Positions 38,861 through 54,565 are shown, numbered from the stretch's first letter. The stretch: 64,000 nt of DNA from the human T2T-CHM13v2.0 reference genome, Homo sapiens (GCF_009914755.1 NC_060933.1), one strand, 5' to 3'. Numbers and translations are program-made. Notes: generated by a model not told the origin, from the letters alone.

Positions 38861-40774
38861 CATTACTATTCCCAGGTCATACAGTCAGTATGTGGTAAAG
38901 CTTAGATTTGAAACCAGGTCTATAGGTCTCGACACTATACAGCAAAATCAGTATCCATGTGGACAGTGACAAAAGCAGGGTATCAATTAAAGAGGAATCA
39001 TAAGCAGCAGAAAGAACAAGAACTTTATCATCAGACAGAGTTGTGTCTGAATCCCAATGCAACAAATTATTTACTGTATAACTTGTATAAATTAGCTAAC
39101 CTCTCCAAACCTCAATTTTTTTGTTTATATGGGGATGTTAGAACCTCTACTTCAAGGTTATGAATTTTAGAGTTAATGTATGTAAAATATTCCCACCAGA
39201 GTGACTCTAACAAAATGAAAACCTTTATAATGAAAATAAATGATGCCCCTTAGGGTCATTCTGACAAGGATGTTGGGTAAATCAAGAGGATTTTCCATTA
39301 GACCGCACCTGCATCAGAGTCCCTTTAAAGTCATTCAAAAACAAAAAGCAAATTAAGACTAATTCCTCAATTAAATCCGTACAAAGGTTGTCAGTCACTC
39401 CTTCTGGAACCCTGTGCTCATTTATTATCATTCAAGATATTCCAAGGACAGACTTGGTACAGCGATGGGCCTTCCGTGGGGAGTAGCTATTTTCCTAATG
39501 TTGTTTTTATCTACTGTCTTCTTTCCTGCTACTCTCCTCTCTGTGGTGGTTTCTTTTTCTTTCTGGAGCTTCACATCAATGTCCTGAATAACATTTGCCC
39601 ATTATCTTGTGTTTCAACTATATTTACTGCAATAAACTGTAAAAGACTGAAGTTGAAATGAAAGCTGGTGATGAGGCCAAAGTGAATGCTTCTAAGCAGG
39701 GAAGCTTCTCTGTGCGTTGTGTTGACCACTGACCTAATAACCAGCTGGAAAGAAGACTGGCACTTGGGAAACATCATTTTCATCCTCATTAACCTTGCTG
39801 AGTGGTCTCCCCAAAAGAGAATGTTTGAAGAATGGCTTATCACCTATACATTTTTTCATTTGAAAGATACAGGTGCATGATATGACATTCAGAATGAACA
39901 AGTAAAAAACCCAAACTGAAAGAAAATAGAAAATTTTTTGCCTAACTCGTCTGGCAACCAATCCAAGCCTAAACTGGTGTAAAGCTATTTAGATTTCTTA
40001 TCCCACTCGCTGTTATACACAATTAATGCTGTGTATGATTATGGGATGCTGCCTTAGACTCTACTAGGGTGCTATGTAATGTATGTTACATCTGTTGTAT
40101 CACTTTTCTAAAATCTGAAAAACACTGAATTATAAAATGCCGACTGTAAAGGATTATGGATCTGTATAATAAAAAATCCAAAGTTTTGTATACTTAACCA
40201 CTGGTTTCTTTTCCCCTTCTACTGAGTAATCTTCACCCTGCCCTCACACTGAGCTAACCTATAAGACACTTTCTGCTCCCTCAGCCACTCGCAGCATATT
40301 GAAATAGCTGACACCCATCAACATAAACGTTTTTTTCTTGCCCTTTTTAATGCCTTTCATTTATCCCCTTGGTGATCCTTATTTTTTCACTGCTCAGGTA
40401 GCTAGGCTCTCTATTCACCGCTAGGAACACTCTCTACCCACTACCCCATCAAAACTTGTTGAGAACAATGGCATGAAAAATGGCACCCGAATCCCTATTA
40501 GGGATGAATTGTCTTTCAGGGGGGAAATGAATTCTTGTGAAGAAGAAAGTGAGAAGCCCTAAAAATATGAGTATTAGTAAAAACTCAAGAAAGAAAATAA
40601 GAAAGTTAAGCTGTGCTCTACGAAAAAATGAGATAAATTTGTATTTTGGTTCTTAGGAACCAAAGAACCCCATTCTAGAGGGAAGAATGGGGAACATATA
40701 GGACTGAGAAGAGGTAAGGAACCATTTGGGAAGTAGATTGTACTGGGGACACTTCCAGTGAAATATTACAAAGA

Positions 40775-41617
40775 CCTAAAGCAAATATACAAATGGACAA
40801 TAAGCACAGGAAACAATGCTCAATATCATTAGTCATTAGGGAAGTGCAAATCAAAACCACAATGAGATACAACTTCACACCAACCAGGATGACTGTAATG
40901 AAAAAGATAACACTAACAATAGATGGTGAGGATATGGAGACACTGCAACCTTCAAACACTGTTAGTGGGAATACATAATGGTTTAGCTGCTTTGGAGAAC
41001 AGTCTAGCAGTTCCTCAAAATGTTAACCAGAGTTATATGACCTGGCAATTCTTTTCCGAGGCATATATCTAAAAGAACTGAAAACATATTTTCATGTCTA
41101 AACTTGTACATAGATATTCATAGCCGCATCATTCATAATAAAAAATGCAAACTATCCAAATGTCTGTCACTTGATATGGTATACAATACAACGAAATATT
41201 ATTCAGCCATAAAAAGGAATACAATTGTGATTCATCCTGCAACATGGATGAGCCTTGAAAACATTATGCTAAGTGAAACATTATGCTAAGTGAAAGAGCG
41301 TAATGTTTTCAAGATTCATCTATGTTGTCAGATAAATCACAATTTTATACACAAAAGGCCACATAGAGTAAGACTCCACTTACATTAAATGTTCACAATA
41401 GGCAAATCTAGATATAGAAAGTAGATTAGTGTTTGCCAGGGACTGGGATGAGCGGAAATGGGGAATGACTGCTAATGGGTAAAGAGTTTCTTTTTGAAAG
41501 AATGAAAGTGTTCTGGAATTCGAGAGTGATGAGGGATGCACAACTTGTAGTCTACTAAAATCCACTAAATTATACACCCTAGAAACTTTATGGTATGTAA
41601 ATTATAACTCAAAAAAG
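40775..41617 (+). mobile_element. L1MB-type 3' end containing a local tandem plus inverted duplication
   Basis: [19 protein letters not shown]; 3'UTR gaaagtagattagtgtttgccaggg...gactgctaatggg...gtttctttttg. Confidence 0.88.
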
Positions 41618-42549
41618 TTCTTCTTTTACTTTAAAAAAAGGAGTAACAGTGCTTCAGGACTTTTTTAAGATCTTGAATAAGTCTTCGGACTTGAATCAGT
41701 GTAGATGTTACTTTTCTATGTCTCAGTGGACAAAGAGAATCCAGGCTGGTAATACTTGTAAGGCTTTGTTCAGTAAGAATTATTCAGGTTAGTGCCCACT
41801 TTGATCCACCAATATTTATTATTTTCTGGGGATGTTGGTATATCTAAAGGATCAGAAGCATGGATTGACATTACCCACAATTTCTGCCTTCCCATGTTCT
41901 GACTTTGGAATCTAACCCCTACATAAGACACACCTTATTATTCATATATGATATCTGTATAATGCCTTTGACTTTTAAGGCATTGTGACACTCATACTTT
42001 CAACAATTATTAATATTTCCAATATAAAGATGAAACAGGTGAGACAAAATAAGATTTTAAGTGACACAGATAGGAGGCAGGCCCTGGAATTTGTTTCTGC
42101 TGAATTGTAGTCCTGTCCTCTTTAATGCTTACCATGTACAATCATTTATTCCACTGACTTTCTTATCACAATAATTACAGGTTGTGGGTGGTTAATATTA
42201 GTAGGGGACTCTTTTTATCAGTCTACATTATCATACTGACAAGGCCACTGCTTATCCTGCTTCCTTTAGCTGAGCTAGCCTGAATTTAAGAAGCTCTCAT
42301 TCACTTGTGACTGCATTTAATTTCTAGTAAAAATGACTCATGTAAGTATATTAATTCTTATGAAGTCTTCCTATTGGTTTGTATATGAGATTTCAAATCT
42401 TATCAACTATACCAATATAGGAAAGTTAGGCCATTAATATCCTACACTTTATGAGACATTTGCTTTTTTTTCTGAGTTTGTCTAGGTATCTAAATCATTC
42501 TCACTAAACCCAAATGTACAGCATCCTTAAGTTAAAAAATGAAAAAGAT

Positions 42550-42705
42550 GACTCATGGGAGCTGATTGTTAGGATCTCTTCCCAACTCCATGTTGTGGCA
42601 TCATGTCAGTAGTATCAAATCAGCTATTTACTCCAAAGAAATTGGCAAATGCTACAAATCATCATCTTCATTCCCTCCTCTGACCTGGCTATTAAACATC
42701 ACTCA
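42550..42705. mobile_element. MER63A-like hAT-Blackjack MITE
   Basis: atctcttcccaactcc...tatttactccaaagaaattggcaaatgctacaaatca. Confidence 0.65.
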
Positions 42706-43235
42706 CCTAGAACTTTCATTGGAAAGAAATAAAAAATTCACACTAACATCAATGGAAAGGGACTAAAAATTATAACAAAGATTATACAAAATACATTTTT
42801 AATAAAGTTCTGCAAATCACACAGCATAGAATTTGTCAGTTTCAAAGGCATGATACAACTTCTTACCAACAGACAGAGGGTATTCTAAAGCAATGGATGT
42901 CTAAAAGGACAATCTTCCTAATAAATTAAATGAGTTGCTATTTATAAAATGCCTGCACATAGTTAATTGTAGTATATGTATGCACTACATAAATGAAAAG
43001 GAATTATACTTACAAATGTTATTAACTACCTACTAACTAAAGAAACCAACAGGCTAATCCTGAAAAGTAATTCAGTCATTATAGTTTGAAGGAATTCTTT
43101 CTCTTTGTATAGCGTAGTAAACTTACTGAAGCATTATACCTGCTTTTTTTTCCCTTGATACAACAGTTTCCAGATATAAATGAGAAAGGTATTTTGTTTT
43201 TAAACAGAGGAGAAATGTGTTTAAATAATTTACGT

Positions 43236-43739
<504 letters not shown>

Positions 43740-43814
43740 CTTATTCAAGGACAAAATTTAAGTAATTTACACAAAATTGGAGTTATTTACACAAAGACAA
43801 CAATTCAATATTGA

Positions 43815-44149
<335 letters not shown>

Positions 44150-44723
44150 TGGAACATCAGTTTCTTTGGGAAGCTAAAGACAATTTTAATGAAGGAGTTG
44201 TTGAACGGAGTCATTTTATAGTATCATGTTAGTCCTATCTTCAAATTATATCTTTAAGAGTAAAAAAATAAAAGGCTAATATAGGATTCTTCAAAGGAAA
44301 AGGAGCTTGTTACTTGTACCACAGCCATTTCAAGGAAATACGTAGTGGAAAATCATTTTGACCATCTCTAATGTTGTGAAGACCTCCATGTGACTCTTGA
44401 AAACAAATATAATACTGCCTAGGGCTGGCTTCAAGTCACACTATATTTTATTCATATCAGTAGAAAAATAGATGTTTATATGTACAGTTACCTAACACTC
44501 TGTAGCCACAATTTCTGAAGAAGTTTCTTAATTAGTTGCAATGGATAAAATCCATGCAAGCCCTTAAACCTTGGGAACCTCTCAGGGAAACCTCTATTAA
44601 CTCACCACTTGCTAGAAGGCAGCTACAGCTCAAAGGTTAAAGATTTGCATTCTGAGGTGTTAGAGTCACCTAGGGGCTCACCCCAGCTAGCCCTTGTCCT
44701 ATCTTGGCCAGCCTTCCTCTCAG

Positions 44724-44950
44724 TAGGCAGCATGGTATTATGGAAGGAACATACTCGTTGGAACCAGATAAGGTGGAATAAAATGTCAAGTCTGTCATCT
44801 ATTAGCTGTGCAAACTTCGGCACATTACCTAACTCCTCAAAGCCCAGGTCCCTCATCTGTAAGAAGGTGGATAATATGCTCCTTGAATGGCTGCTGTGAG
44901 AATTCAATTAATTTACCCAAAGCGTCAAGCATAGTGGATACGGCACATTT
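44724..44950 (+). mobile_element. MIR SINE
   Basis: ggcagcatggtattatggaag...tattagctgtgc...tccctcatctgtaag...ctgtgagaattcaat. Confidence 0.7.
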
Positions 44951-45587
44951 TAATTCCCCTTCTTTCTATCCTTCCTCCCCCAGCCCCTATCTCCATTCCC
45001 AGCATGAGAGAATTCATGGGTAATCTCATTTAATTACATCTAGCACCTATTTTCAGTGCAATCACTTAGTGCAAATGAGTCTCTTCCCAGTGTGGTGAAG
45101 ATTATCCATGGTGAGATTCCCTGGACAGTACGGGGAAGGAGAACACAGATATGCTCTCATTCCTGGTGCAGAACAACTCAGCATGACACATGGGTCAAGA
45201 AGGAGCAAGGTGGATTGAGCATCCTCTCATGAGCCAAAACCTCAGGAAATGAAGGATTTATTCACTGTGAAGGAAAACAGAACAGGGAAACTCAACTTCT
45301 CCTACCAGAAGGTCACACAGCTAGTGATTTTTTTACTCCATTCAACAACATCCACACATGGAAGGTGAGTGTTCCCTGGACACCAGGCTACTAGGCAGAA
45401 TGTCCAAAGCATATGCCGGAGTAAAGAGATGCAAAAGAATCCTAGCCCATCTCAACTATAACGTCTAGACAGTAGAGGTGTTCTTAAAGTGTGGGCCCCA
45501 GCCCAGATCTACTGAATACATGGTTCCCAGAAATTTTTATGTACACTACAATTTAAGAACGTATTCTAAGTGTTTATGTCTTTAAAA

Positions 45588-45835
45588 TGGCAGTATGATG
45601 CAGTGGTTAAAGGCCTGGAATCTGAGAGCCAGACCGCCTACAGGAAATGCCTGGCTCCCCATTTCAGTAGCTGTGCAATCTCGGGCAGGGTTAACATCTC
45701 TATGCCTCAATCCCCTCATCTGTTAAAATGTGCAAAATAATAGTCCCTATCTCACTGAATTATTGAGAAGGTTAAATGAAATAATTTACCAGCAAACTGA
45801 CGTCTAGTGACTGCTTCAAAAGTGGTAGTTATTAA
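45588..45835 (+). mobile_element. MIR SINE
   Basis: gcagtggttaa...tagctgtgcaatctcgggcagg...gcctcaatcccctcatctgttaaaatg. Confidence 0.75.
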
Positions 45836-46073
45836 TGGAGTCCTTGCCTGAGAACAAAGGACACCAGGTGCTGCCACCGATGGACAGTGGGCAGGTTTCT
45901 GAATGACCCCTTCGAGTCTCCATTTCCTCATTTGTGAATCACCACAGTGCTATTCCTCTCTCATTCTGGGGATTTTATTTTTAGGAGAGAAAGACACAGC
46001 AGAACTTTATGAAGGGTAAAAAATATTTAAGAAACATATGTGATACAAAGACTATAAACTATGTTTTTGCCAT

Positions 46074-47203
<1,130 letters not shown>

Positions 47204-48662
47204 TCTAGCCACTGCTAGCTGTAGCGCAGCTATGACTAACCTGCATATACAAAATGAAAAATGTTTTGATGCTTCTTAGGGCCATTGACTGCTTATATAT
47301 TTATGTCCAGTGAGCAAAGCACATGCAATTCAGCCAGTTAAGTGTAAGAAAAACCAGCCCATGACTACTCCACTTGCCTTTAATATAGTATATTTTACTC
47401 TTTTCCAGTCAGCTAACATAACTCAGAAAAATCTCCTAGGGGTTTTTTTCTCTTCTCAAAACTTACGCTCTTTCTCTTCCAGCAACAATCCTAATTATTT
47501 AGTGCATCCACAACAGAGATGCTTTTAGTGCTTCAGAGATATCATCCATTGAAGTTATTTCCGATGCTTTCATTTGCCACATAAATTTCTGAAACACTGC
47601 CTCCATGAGGAAATGTACTGTTGTTCCCGTCATGGGGTAAGACATTTCGCTTGGTGTTAATGTGCCGTCGGCATAATTTAAATTGTTTCGTAAAACACCA
47701 ATGTATGAAATGGAAACACATTTGTTTTGTTGGCAGATGGCTGTTTTATGTGGGGATGTGGGTCTCATGGCTACACACTCACTGATGCCCTGCCAGTGTC
47801 TTCAACAAAAAGCATCGAGCTTAGACACCACCTGTATTACAGGAAAATGAGCAAAATCACTTCAAACTATTCACACTGATACTTTTCCCACAAATGTTAG
47901 AGAGAAGCATGCTAAAAAGAGATTTTATTTGCTTCCCAGGGAAGAAAGGAAATCAGAAGATTGAGTGTTACTGCCCTGGAAGACATCTTGAGATGAGTCA
48001 TCTCAAGGAAACACTTTTCTAGGGCAGGAACTAATTTTCAACAACTACAACTACTTTCAGGGTTCATTTGTGTACTGCTTCGTGATCCTAGTGACAGGTC
48101 AATTTATATACAAAGTCCCCGTTGGGCTAAAATGATTTGTCTTTTCCAGCCCATACCTTTTGATTGGTTCTCCTTATCCTGTTACAACTCTCCATTTGCC
48201 ATTCCATTGCCCGTTAACCTACAGACCTGGCCAGACATGGGGCGCGGAGATTTCATTCATTCATTTATCAGATATTTATTGTTTGCCTATATGTGACACA
48301 GACATGGGAAAAGTGGATGATTCACTCATACTAAGTACAAAGGTGAATATAATGCATTGTTAGATTTCTAATTTTCATTTGTCATTCTACTGCATTAGAG
48401 GAGGCAGAGGGGAACATGAAGGGGGGAGCCAACTGTATACATAAAAGGAAAACACGCAGAAGTCATTTGTCACCCCCAAATTAAAAGAAACAGCAGAATT
48501 TACTGGTATTTATTAGATACTTGCCATACATAAATACTGTGCTCCTTGGTGTAAGTAATTTAAATTGACAATCCTTGCCTTGTGGGAGTTTTATTCTAAC
48601 ATAAGTGACCTAAATTCAACCAACACTCTTTACAACTGCAGCCACCCCCTACCCACACAAAC

Positions 48663-49027
48663 TGTCATAGTCTGCTCAAGGCTGCCATAATACAATATCA
48701 AAGATTGGGTGGCTTAAATAACAGAAATTTATTTTCTCACAGTTCGGGAGGCTGAAAAGTCCAAGATCAAAGTTCTGGTAGGGTTTTGTTTCTCATGGGG
48801 GCTTCTCTCCTTTGCCTTGCAGATGCCACCTTCTCACTGTGTCCTCACTTGGTGGGGAGGGGGAGAGGAAGGGGTAGGGACACAGTCCTATGGGATTAGG
48901 GCCCCATGCTTATGCTTATGACTTCATTAGCCTTAATGATCTCGTAAAGACCCTATTTCCAGCTGGCCACATTAGGGTCTAGGGCTTCAACACATGGATT
49001 TTGGCAGGACCCAATCAGTCCACAGCA
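48663..49027 (-). mobile_element. MaLR solo LTR, MLT1A-like
   Basis: tgtcatagtctgctcaaggctgccataa...ggtggcttaaataacagaaatttattttctcacagtt...agggcttcaacacatggattttg...cagtccacagca. Confidence 0.85.
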
Positions 49028-49048
49028 TGTGTGGCCATGCATGTGCGT

Positions 49049-49049
<1 letters not shown>

Positions 49050-49088
<39 letters not shown>
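49050..49088. repeat. (CA)19 microsatellite
   Basis: Perfect dinucleotide run. Confidence 0.97.
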
Positions 49089-49091
<3 letters not shown>

Positions 49092-49362
49092 GTACACTAA
49101 GCCAAGAGCTAATGCTGTGGTGGGAGCCCTGGTTATGAAATATTTACATTGAGGATAACCTGAGTCAGGCGTTGTGGTGCCAACCGTCTGCTACCAGGAG
49201 GAGAGATCAGCAACACCTCTTTTCAGTTAGCTAGAAAAGGCTTTCTAGAGGAATTGGGATTTCCAGAGATCTTTGCAGGGCAAAAAAGAAAGATCTGAGT
49301 GACAGCAGATAGGATGGGAGGAGCAGAGGGAGCAGCAGCATGATCACAGTCAGAAGGGGGAA

Positions 49363-49382
49363 AGAGAGAGAGAGAGAGAGAG
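49363..49382. repeat. (AG)10 microsatellite
   Basis: Perfect dinucleotide run. Confidence 0.9.
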
Positions 49383-50519
49383 GCGAAGGAGGCCAGCTGG
49401 GAGGGTTCTTGTTTTCCTTTTGCTTTTCTCAGATGGTTTCTGAAGTGGTTTTCCTTTGTGTTCCTGACATAGTAAGCTAATCAGTGTCGTCTGTGTGTAG
49501 GTGTTCATTTTCCCTACTTCTGCTCACTTCTGGAGGCTGCTCCCCGGGGTTCTGAGGCATCTGCTTCTTGTTCTTATTTTGCTCCAGTCTCTACCCAATC
49601 TGACTGATTTACTCATTCTTCTTTACTCCTCCTGTTTCCATCTCTTTTACTTACCACCCCTAATTTATTCACTCAGTAGCACCCTGGCCCCTGCCAACAC
49701 ATACTGTCTTTAACTACTTTACCTTGAACTTCTCTCTGAAAATAGGACAGAGGTGATCAACTGAAACATTCTTTAAATGTGGGAACCCAGTCTTTGGGTG
49801 CTTTGTGCTGTTTTCGCCTCATCTTCCAAGCTTGTTTTGCCCTATAGACAGGCATACTGTTATTGACTCTTCTCCCCACCTTTCCATCCTCTCCTATGTT
49901 TTAGGACCTGAAAAGTGTATTATATTTATTTAAGGAATTGAAAGCAATTCCGATACATATGTACACATGCATGTGAGTATGCATACACACTCACACAAAC
50001 ATACAAGAACGTGTTTTCTTGGGTGATGGGGAAGCTCGAGTCACATTAAAGTGGTTGATTTTTAAATTACCATGAGCTTTGATTCATTTATAGCCTGTGT
50101 CAATTCTTCATTCCCCCATCCCCACAGACCTGCTCACTTCTAGTGACAAAGCTGACAATGTGATTTGGTCCAGAGCTTCAGAGGTCTTGATTTTAGAGCC
50201 ATAATATATGAAAACTGTTCTGTTGATTTCTTCTGCAGTTTTATAGCGTAGAAGAGCTTGAAAATAGAGTAAAAGCATCATTAGTGCGATCCCTTTGATT
50301 TAGGCCTGCAGAAAATTTCCTAATAAATTATGAATATGATGTCTGGAAGCACATGATTAGCTCATTAGCAAAGATTGTTTTCTTGCCTCAGCTGGAAAGG
50401 AGATAGAAGACATGTCATCTTGAAAAGGTGGGAGTGTCAGGCAAGGTCTGAGTGTGAAAGGAGACATTTGCAGAATGAATTGGGAAGTGCCTAAATATTT
50501 GCTGACATCACAATGTTGC

Positions 50520-50740
50520 CTGAGGAGGTACTGGGTTTTAGTCCTGGCTCCATCACTTTAGGCACCTTCAGCAAGTCATCAGTCTCTCTGCATCTTGGTT
50601 TTCTTGACTGCAATATGATGATAATAATAGGTCCTAAATTATATGGGTATTGGGAGGATGAAATGAGGTAATGTAGGCAAACATTTGGCAGAGTCTGGCT
50701 CGTTGTAAGTACTCAATTAATGCTAATAACTATTATCATG
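50520..50740 (+). mobile_element. MIR SINE
   Basis: ctgggttttagtcctggctcc...gcaagtca...ggaggatgaaatgaggtaatgta. Confidence 0.7.
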
Positions 50741-51680
50741 CAAGGATGATAACATCTTTTCCCCCATTTCATTTTGAAGCTCATCCTTCTAAGACACACA
50801 TAATAGAAAGTTCAAGAAAGCAATAGAAAAAAACCTTAGACCCTTAGGAAATATTATCTTTGTATTATCCCCAAACAAATTGGACTCCATCCAATAAAAC
50901 ACTAACAGTGTTCTTAGGAGGTTTATAAAATGTTCTCGAGCAGATGGATTCTAAAGTGCCTTGATATACTGGTGTAACTCAAGCAAACCTTACAAAGTTT
51001 CCTGACATTTCTCAAACCTTGAAACACTGGGCCTATGTCATCACCTAAATCTCACCCAACTTCACTCCTGGGTTCTCCCTATCTACTCTCCAAAACCAAT
51101 TTCACCTCATTACAAATATTTTCTTTTCCTTCTCAGTCTCAGCTGACTTATTTCTCCAAGTCAGTTATAATGTACAACCTCACATTCTTGGGTCAATTTA
51201 CTGATATCGTATAACAATAAATTCACTATGTAAATCTCAAAGGGGCTTTCAGTTCTGCCTGGTAATCTTTCCACCACTTCCCTGGTACACTACCTCTCCT
51301 AATTTCTATAGTGACTATTTGAAACATCGCCAATCTCACATCAGAAAACCAAAGCTTTTTAAAGGGACCCTCTTGAAAATGACAAATCCACTGACCTAGA
51401 CAACAGTCTTCATCTTCTTCTCTCCTGGTAGATTAAAATAGCTGTTCCTTCTATTATCTAAGATTTCAGTCCCTCTCCTCCAGTCTCCTCAAGAACCTGA
51501 GGTAGGTTACCCACTTTCTTCTCCTATGAATCATCTAACACCTTTCAAATGGATCCTTCCTGTCAACGTTTAAATATGTGCAGACCTTAGTCACCTTTAA
51601 GTATGTCTCTCTCATCTTCACATCCTAGTTTATCTTCCAGCACATATTCATCCTCCTCTCTTCAAAGACAAACTTGTTGA

Positions 51681-51990
<310 letters not shown>

Positions 51991-52484
51991 AAGTTCTCTA
52001 AATTTTAAGTCTTTCTTTCCTGACCCTTCATCCTACTCAACCCCGTGAGTCTGTAATCTGTGCCATCATGGTAGCATTTGTCTAGGTAACCACAGACCTC
52101 CATATTGCCAAATCCACCGAACTCTCCACCACATTAGACACTGTAAATCACTTCCTTCTACAACCTCTCTTCTCTTGATGTTCATGGCCCCACTGCTCTA
52201 GTTTTTTTCCTATCACCCCCATCATACTTCACACTCTTTTGTAGGTTGATGCTGCTCTTCCAAGCCATTAAATACAGGAGCTTCTCCAGGATCAGTTCTA
52301 ATACCTCATATATTCTCACTTTTTACTACTTTATCCACTCTTTACTGCTTAGACCCTTCAAATCAATATATCCAAGTGCCTACCAGATATACAGACTTAG
52401 ATACTTCAAAGGCATCAAACTCATTCTATTCAAGATCAATTTTTCTCTTGTGCCAGCATTTTCTCTCTCTTTACTAGACACCTC

Positions 52485-53004
52485 TGTGGAAATAAACAGA
52501 GCATGCAAAGAAGAATAGGAAAAGGCCACTGATTCAGAGCGTGCTAGAGCAAGGGAGTCAGCCACCATCACTTGTGTCTGGCAGAGACTTGTGGGCAGGC
52601 AGAGGAAGGAGAAAGCTTTACCATAAAATACAGAAAGGCTTTAGAGGTAGCCTGATTATAGGCTGTTGGAATGGGGAAGCTGTAGACAGGATAGCTAGAA
52701 GTGGACACCCTGTGTTATTGGTTAGGGGCATATATTTGACTGTTCAAAGTTGATCCTATCTTGAAAATGGGGGAAAAAATAGAGATGCTGCCAGTTATTA
52801 ATCAAGTCCTGGCTGTTTAGAGCCTATTGTTACAAAGATATTGTTTGGCTTCCTGGACTGGTTGCCAGAGACAGTAGTTTGACTTCCTGGACTGGTTACT
52901 CTACATAGCAGGTTGGCTTCCTGGGGTGGTTACTGCAGATTGTGGGTCAGAGTTCATTTTTATCGATGGTCTGGCTGTGGTTCCTTTGTATATTCAGTTT
53001 CTCA
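52485..53004 (-). mobile_element. MER67-family (ERV1) solo LTR
   Basis: Reverse complement begins tgagaaactgaatatac...gccagacc...gaactctgacccacaatctgcag.aacc..ccaggaagcc. TG...CA termini; near-matching 4-bp TSD cctc/gctc. Confidence 0.75.
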
Positions 53005-53599
53005 GCTCCCTCAGTCCAGCTATGTAAGCCAGAAATGGAGGAGGCACTAGAGCATGCTAACAAGAATGTGAGCTCTGGAATCACACTGTGTTTATTTCAC
53101 AGGTCCTTCACATATTTTCTGTGTGGCTTTCAACAAGCTACATAAATTTTAACTTTAGTTTACTTACAATAAACATGAGAGGAATGAAGACTTATCTGAG
53201 GCAGATACAGTCATTGCCTGCTACATAACAGCCACTACCCCTACTTGTTTTCTGAGAGTGTTAAAAGCATTACCCATTCTAAAGTTCTTTCTGCCAATAG
53301 CCTGAAATTTAAATTAACAGAAGTTCTATAATTTGAAGGCTGGCAGTGTTGTAATAATGCAATTATTTGGTTAAATTTGTGTAAACACAGAGGGAGAGGC
53401 AGGAGGTTCTGCTGAGAAAACAGTGTGGCCCCTGGCATCTTCCAAACACTTTCTCTTAATCACAAAATTCAAAGGAAGTGTCTTCCCATAAAACAGAATA
53501 CACTGTTTTATATAGTTCTAACTGGATTCATTAAAATAAAAGCTACTGGGATTAGCAGGTGAAATGGGCCAGTGACCAGAAAACAGATATTCTCAAGGA

Positions 53600-53881
53600 T
53601 TATGCACAACAGGGGAGAAAGTGATGTAACAACAGAAGCAGAAATTGGAGTGATGTGGCCAGGAGACAAGGAATGCTGTCCCACTCCAATGCTGGAAGAA
53701 GCAAGGAACAGATTCTCTCCTGGAGCCTCCAGAAGGAACAAGCCCTGCTGATGCCTTCATTTTAGTCACTCAAGACTCTTTTTGTGTTTTTGACTTTCAA
53801 AATTTTAAGAGAACAAATTAATGTTATTTTAAGCCACTACATTTGTGGTAATTTGTCTAGCAGCAATAGAAAACTAATATG
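53600..53881 (+). mobile_element. MaLR LTR 3' half (MLT1C/D-like)
   Basis: gctggaagaagcaaggaacagattctctcctggagcctccagaagga...ttttaagccact...gcagcaatagaaaactaat. Confidence 0.8.
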
Positions 53882-54189
53882 TCATCCGTATTTTATTTAC
53901 CTTGCAGAATATGAGGTCATTCAGAGTTTCCTGAATCTTTGTCCTAGGTTCTAGCTTTTTGCTGTTGGGTTATCTCAAATTAAATGCATTTTAACATGCA
54001 GATGTGAACAATAACCAGCAGATGATATGGAGTACCAAAGAAACAGAACAGAGAAATGGAGAAAGTAAAAGAACATGAGATCACAAAGAAGGCCTGATTA
54101 TGCAATTATTACCTATGGGGGTTAGGGATAGCTGTACTGCAGCAGAGGCAATTGGAGCCAATATTACACAGTCCTTAAGCTAAAAATGC

Positions 54190-54565
54190 CAGAGGTAAGC
54201 CTGAGACCCAGTGCCGACTAATTTAATTAAGAAGATCTCTGCTGGAAGGTGTCTGGGAAAGAATTTTCTTCTTAAAGAGAGATGGATGAAGGTAAGACTT
54301 TTCCCTCCCTCCCTTCTTGTTGGATATGTTTGGTGTGAAGATATGCCATACAGATCTACTGCACCTATTTGGGCACCATGAGGAAGAGGCCAACAAAATT
54401 CTAGAGAAGGCAACCCAGTGCTCTGGCAGTATTGAGGCTCCAAACCAGCCCTGGGTATGTATATTTCCAAGCTTCTTGTTATGCAGGAAATGAAATGTCT
54501 GTATCAACCAAGACATTTTTTAGTTAGGTATTTATTATTTGTGGCCAAAAGCATTATAATTAAAT
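54190..54565 (+). mobile_element. Old MaLR LTR (MLT1J/K/L-like)
   Basis: tctgctgg...tctgggaaag...caccatgagg...cttcttgttatg...ttagttagg...tttgtggccaaaagcat. Confidence 0.6.
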
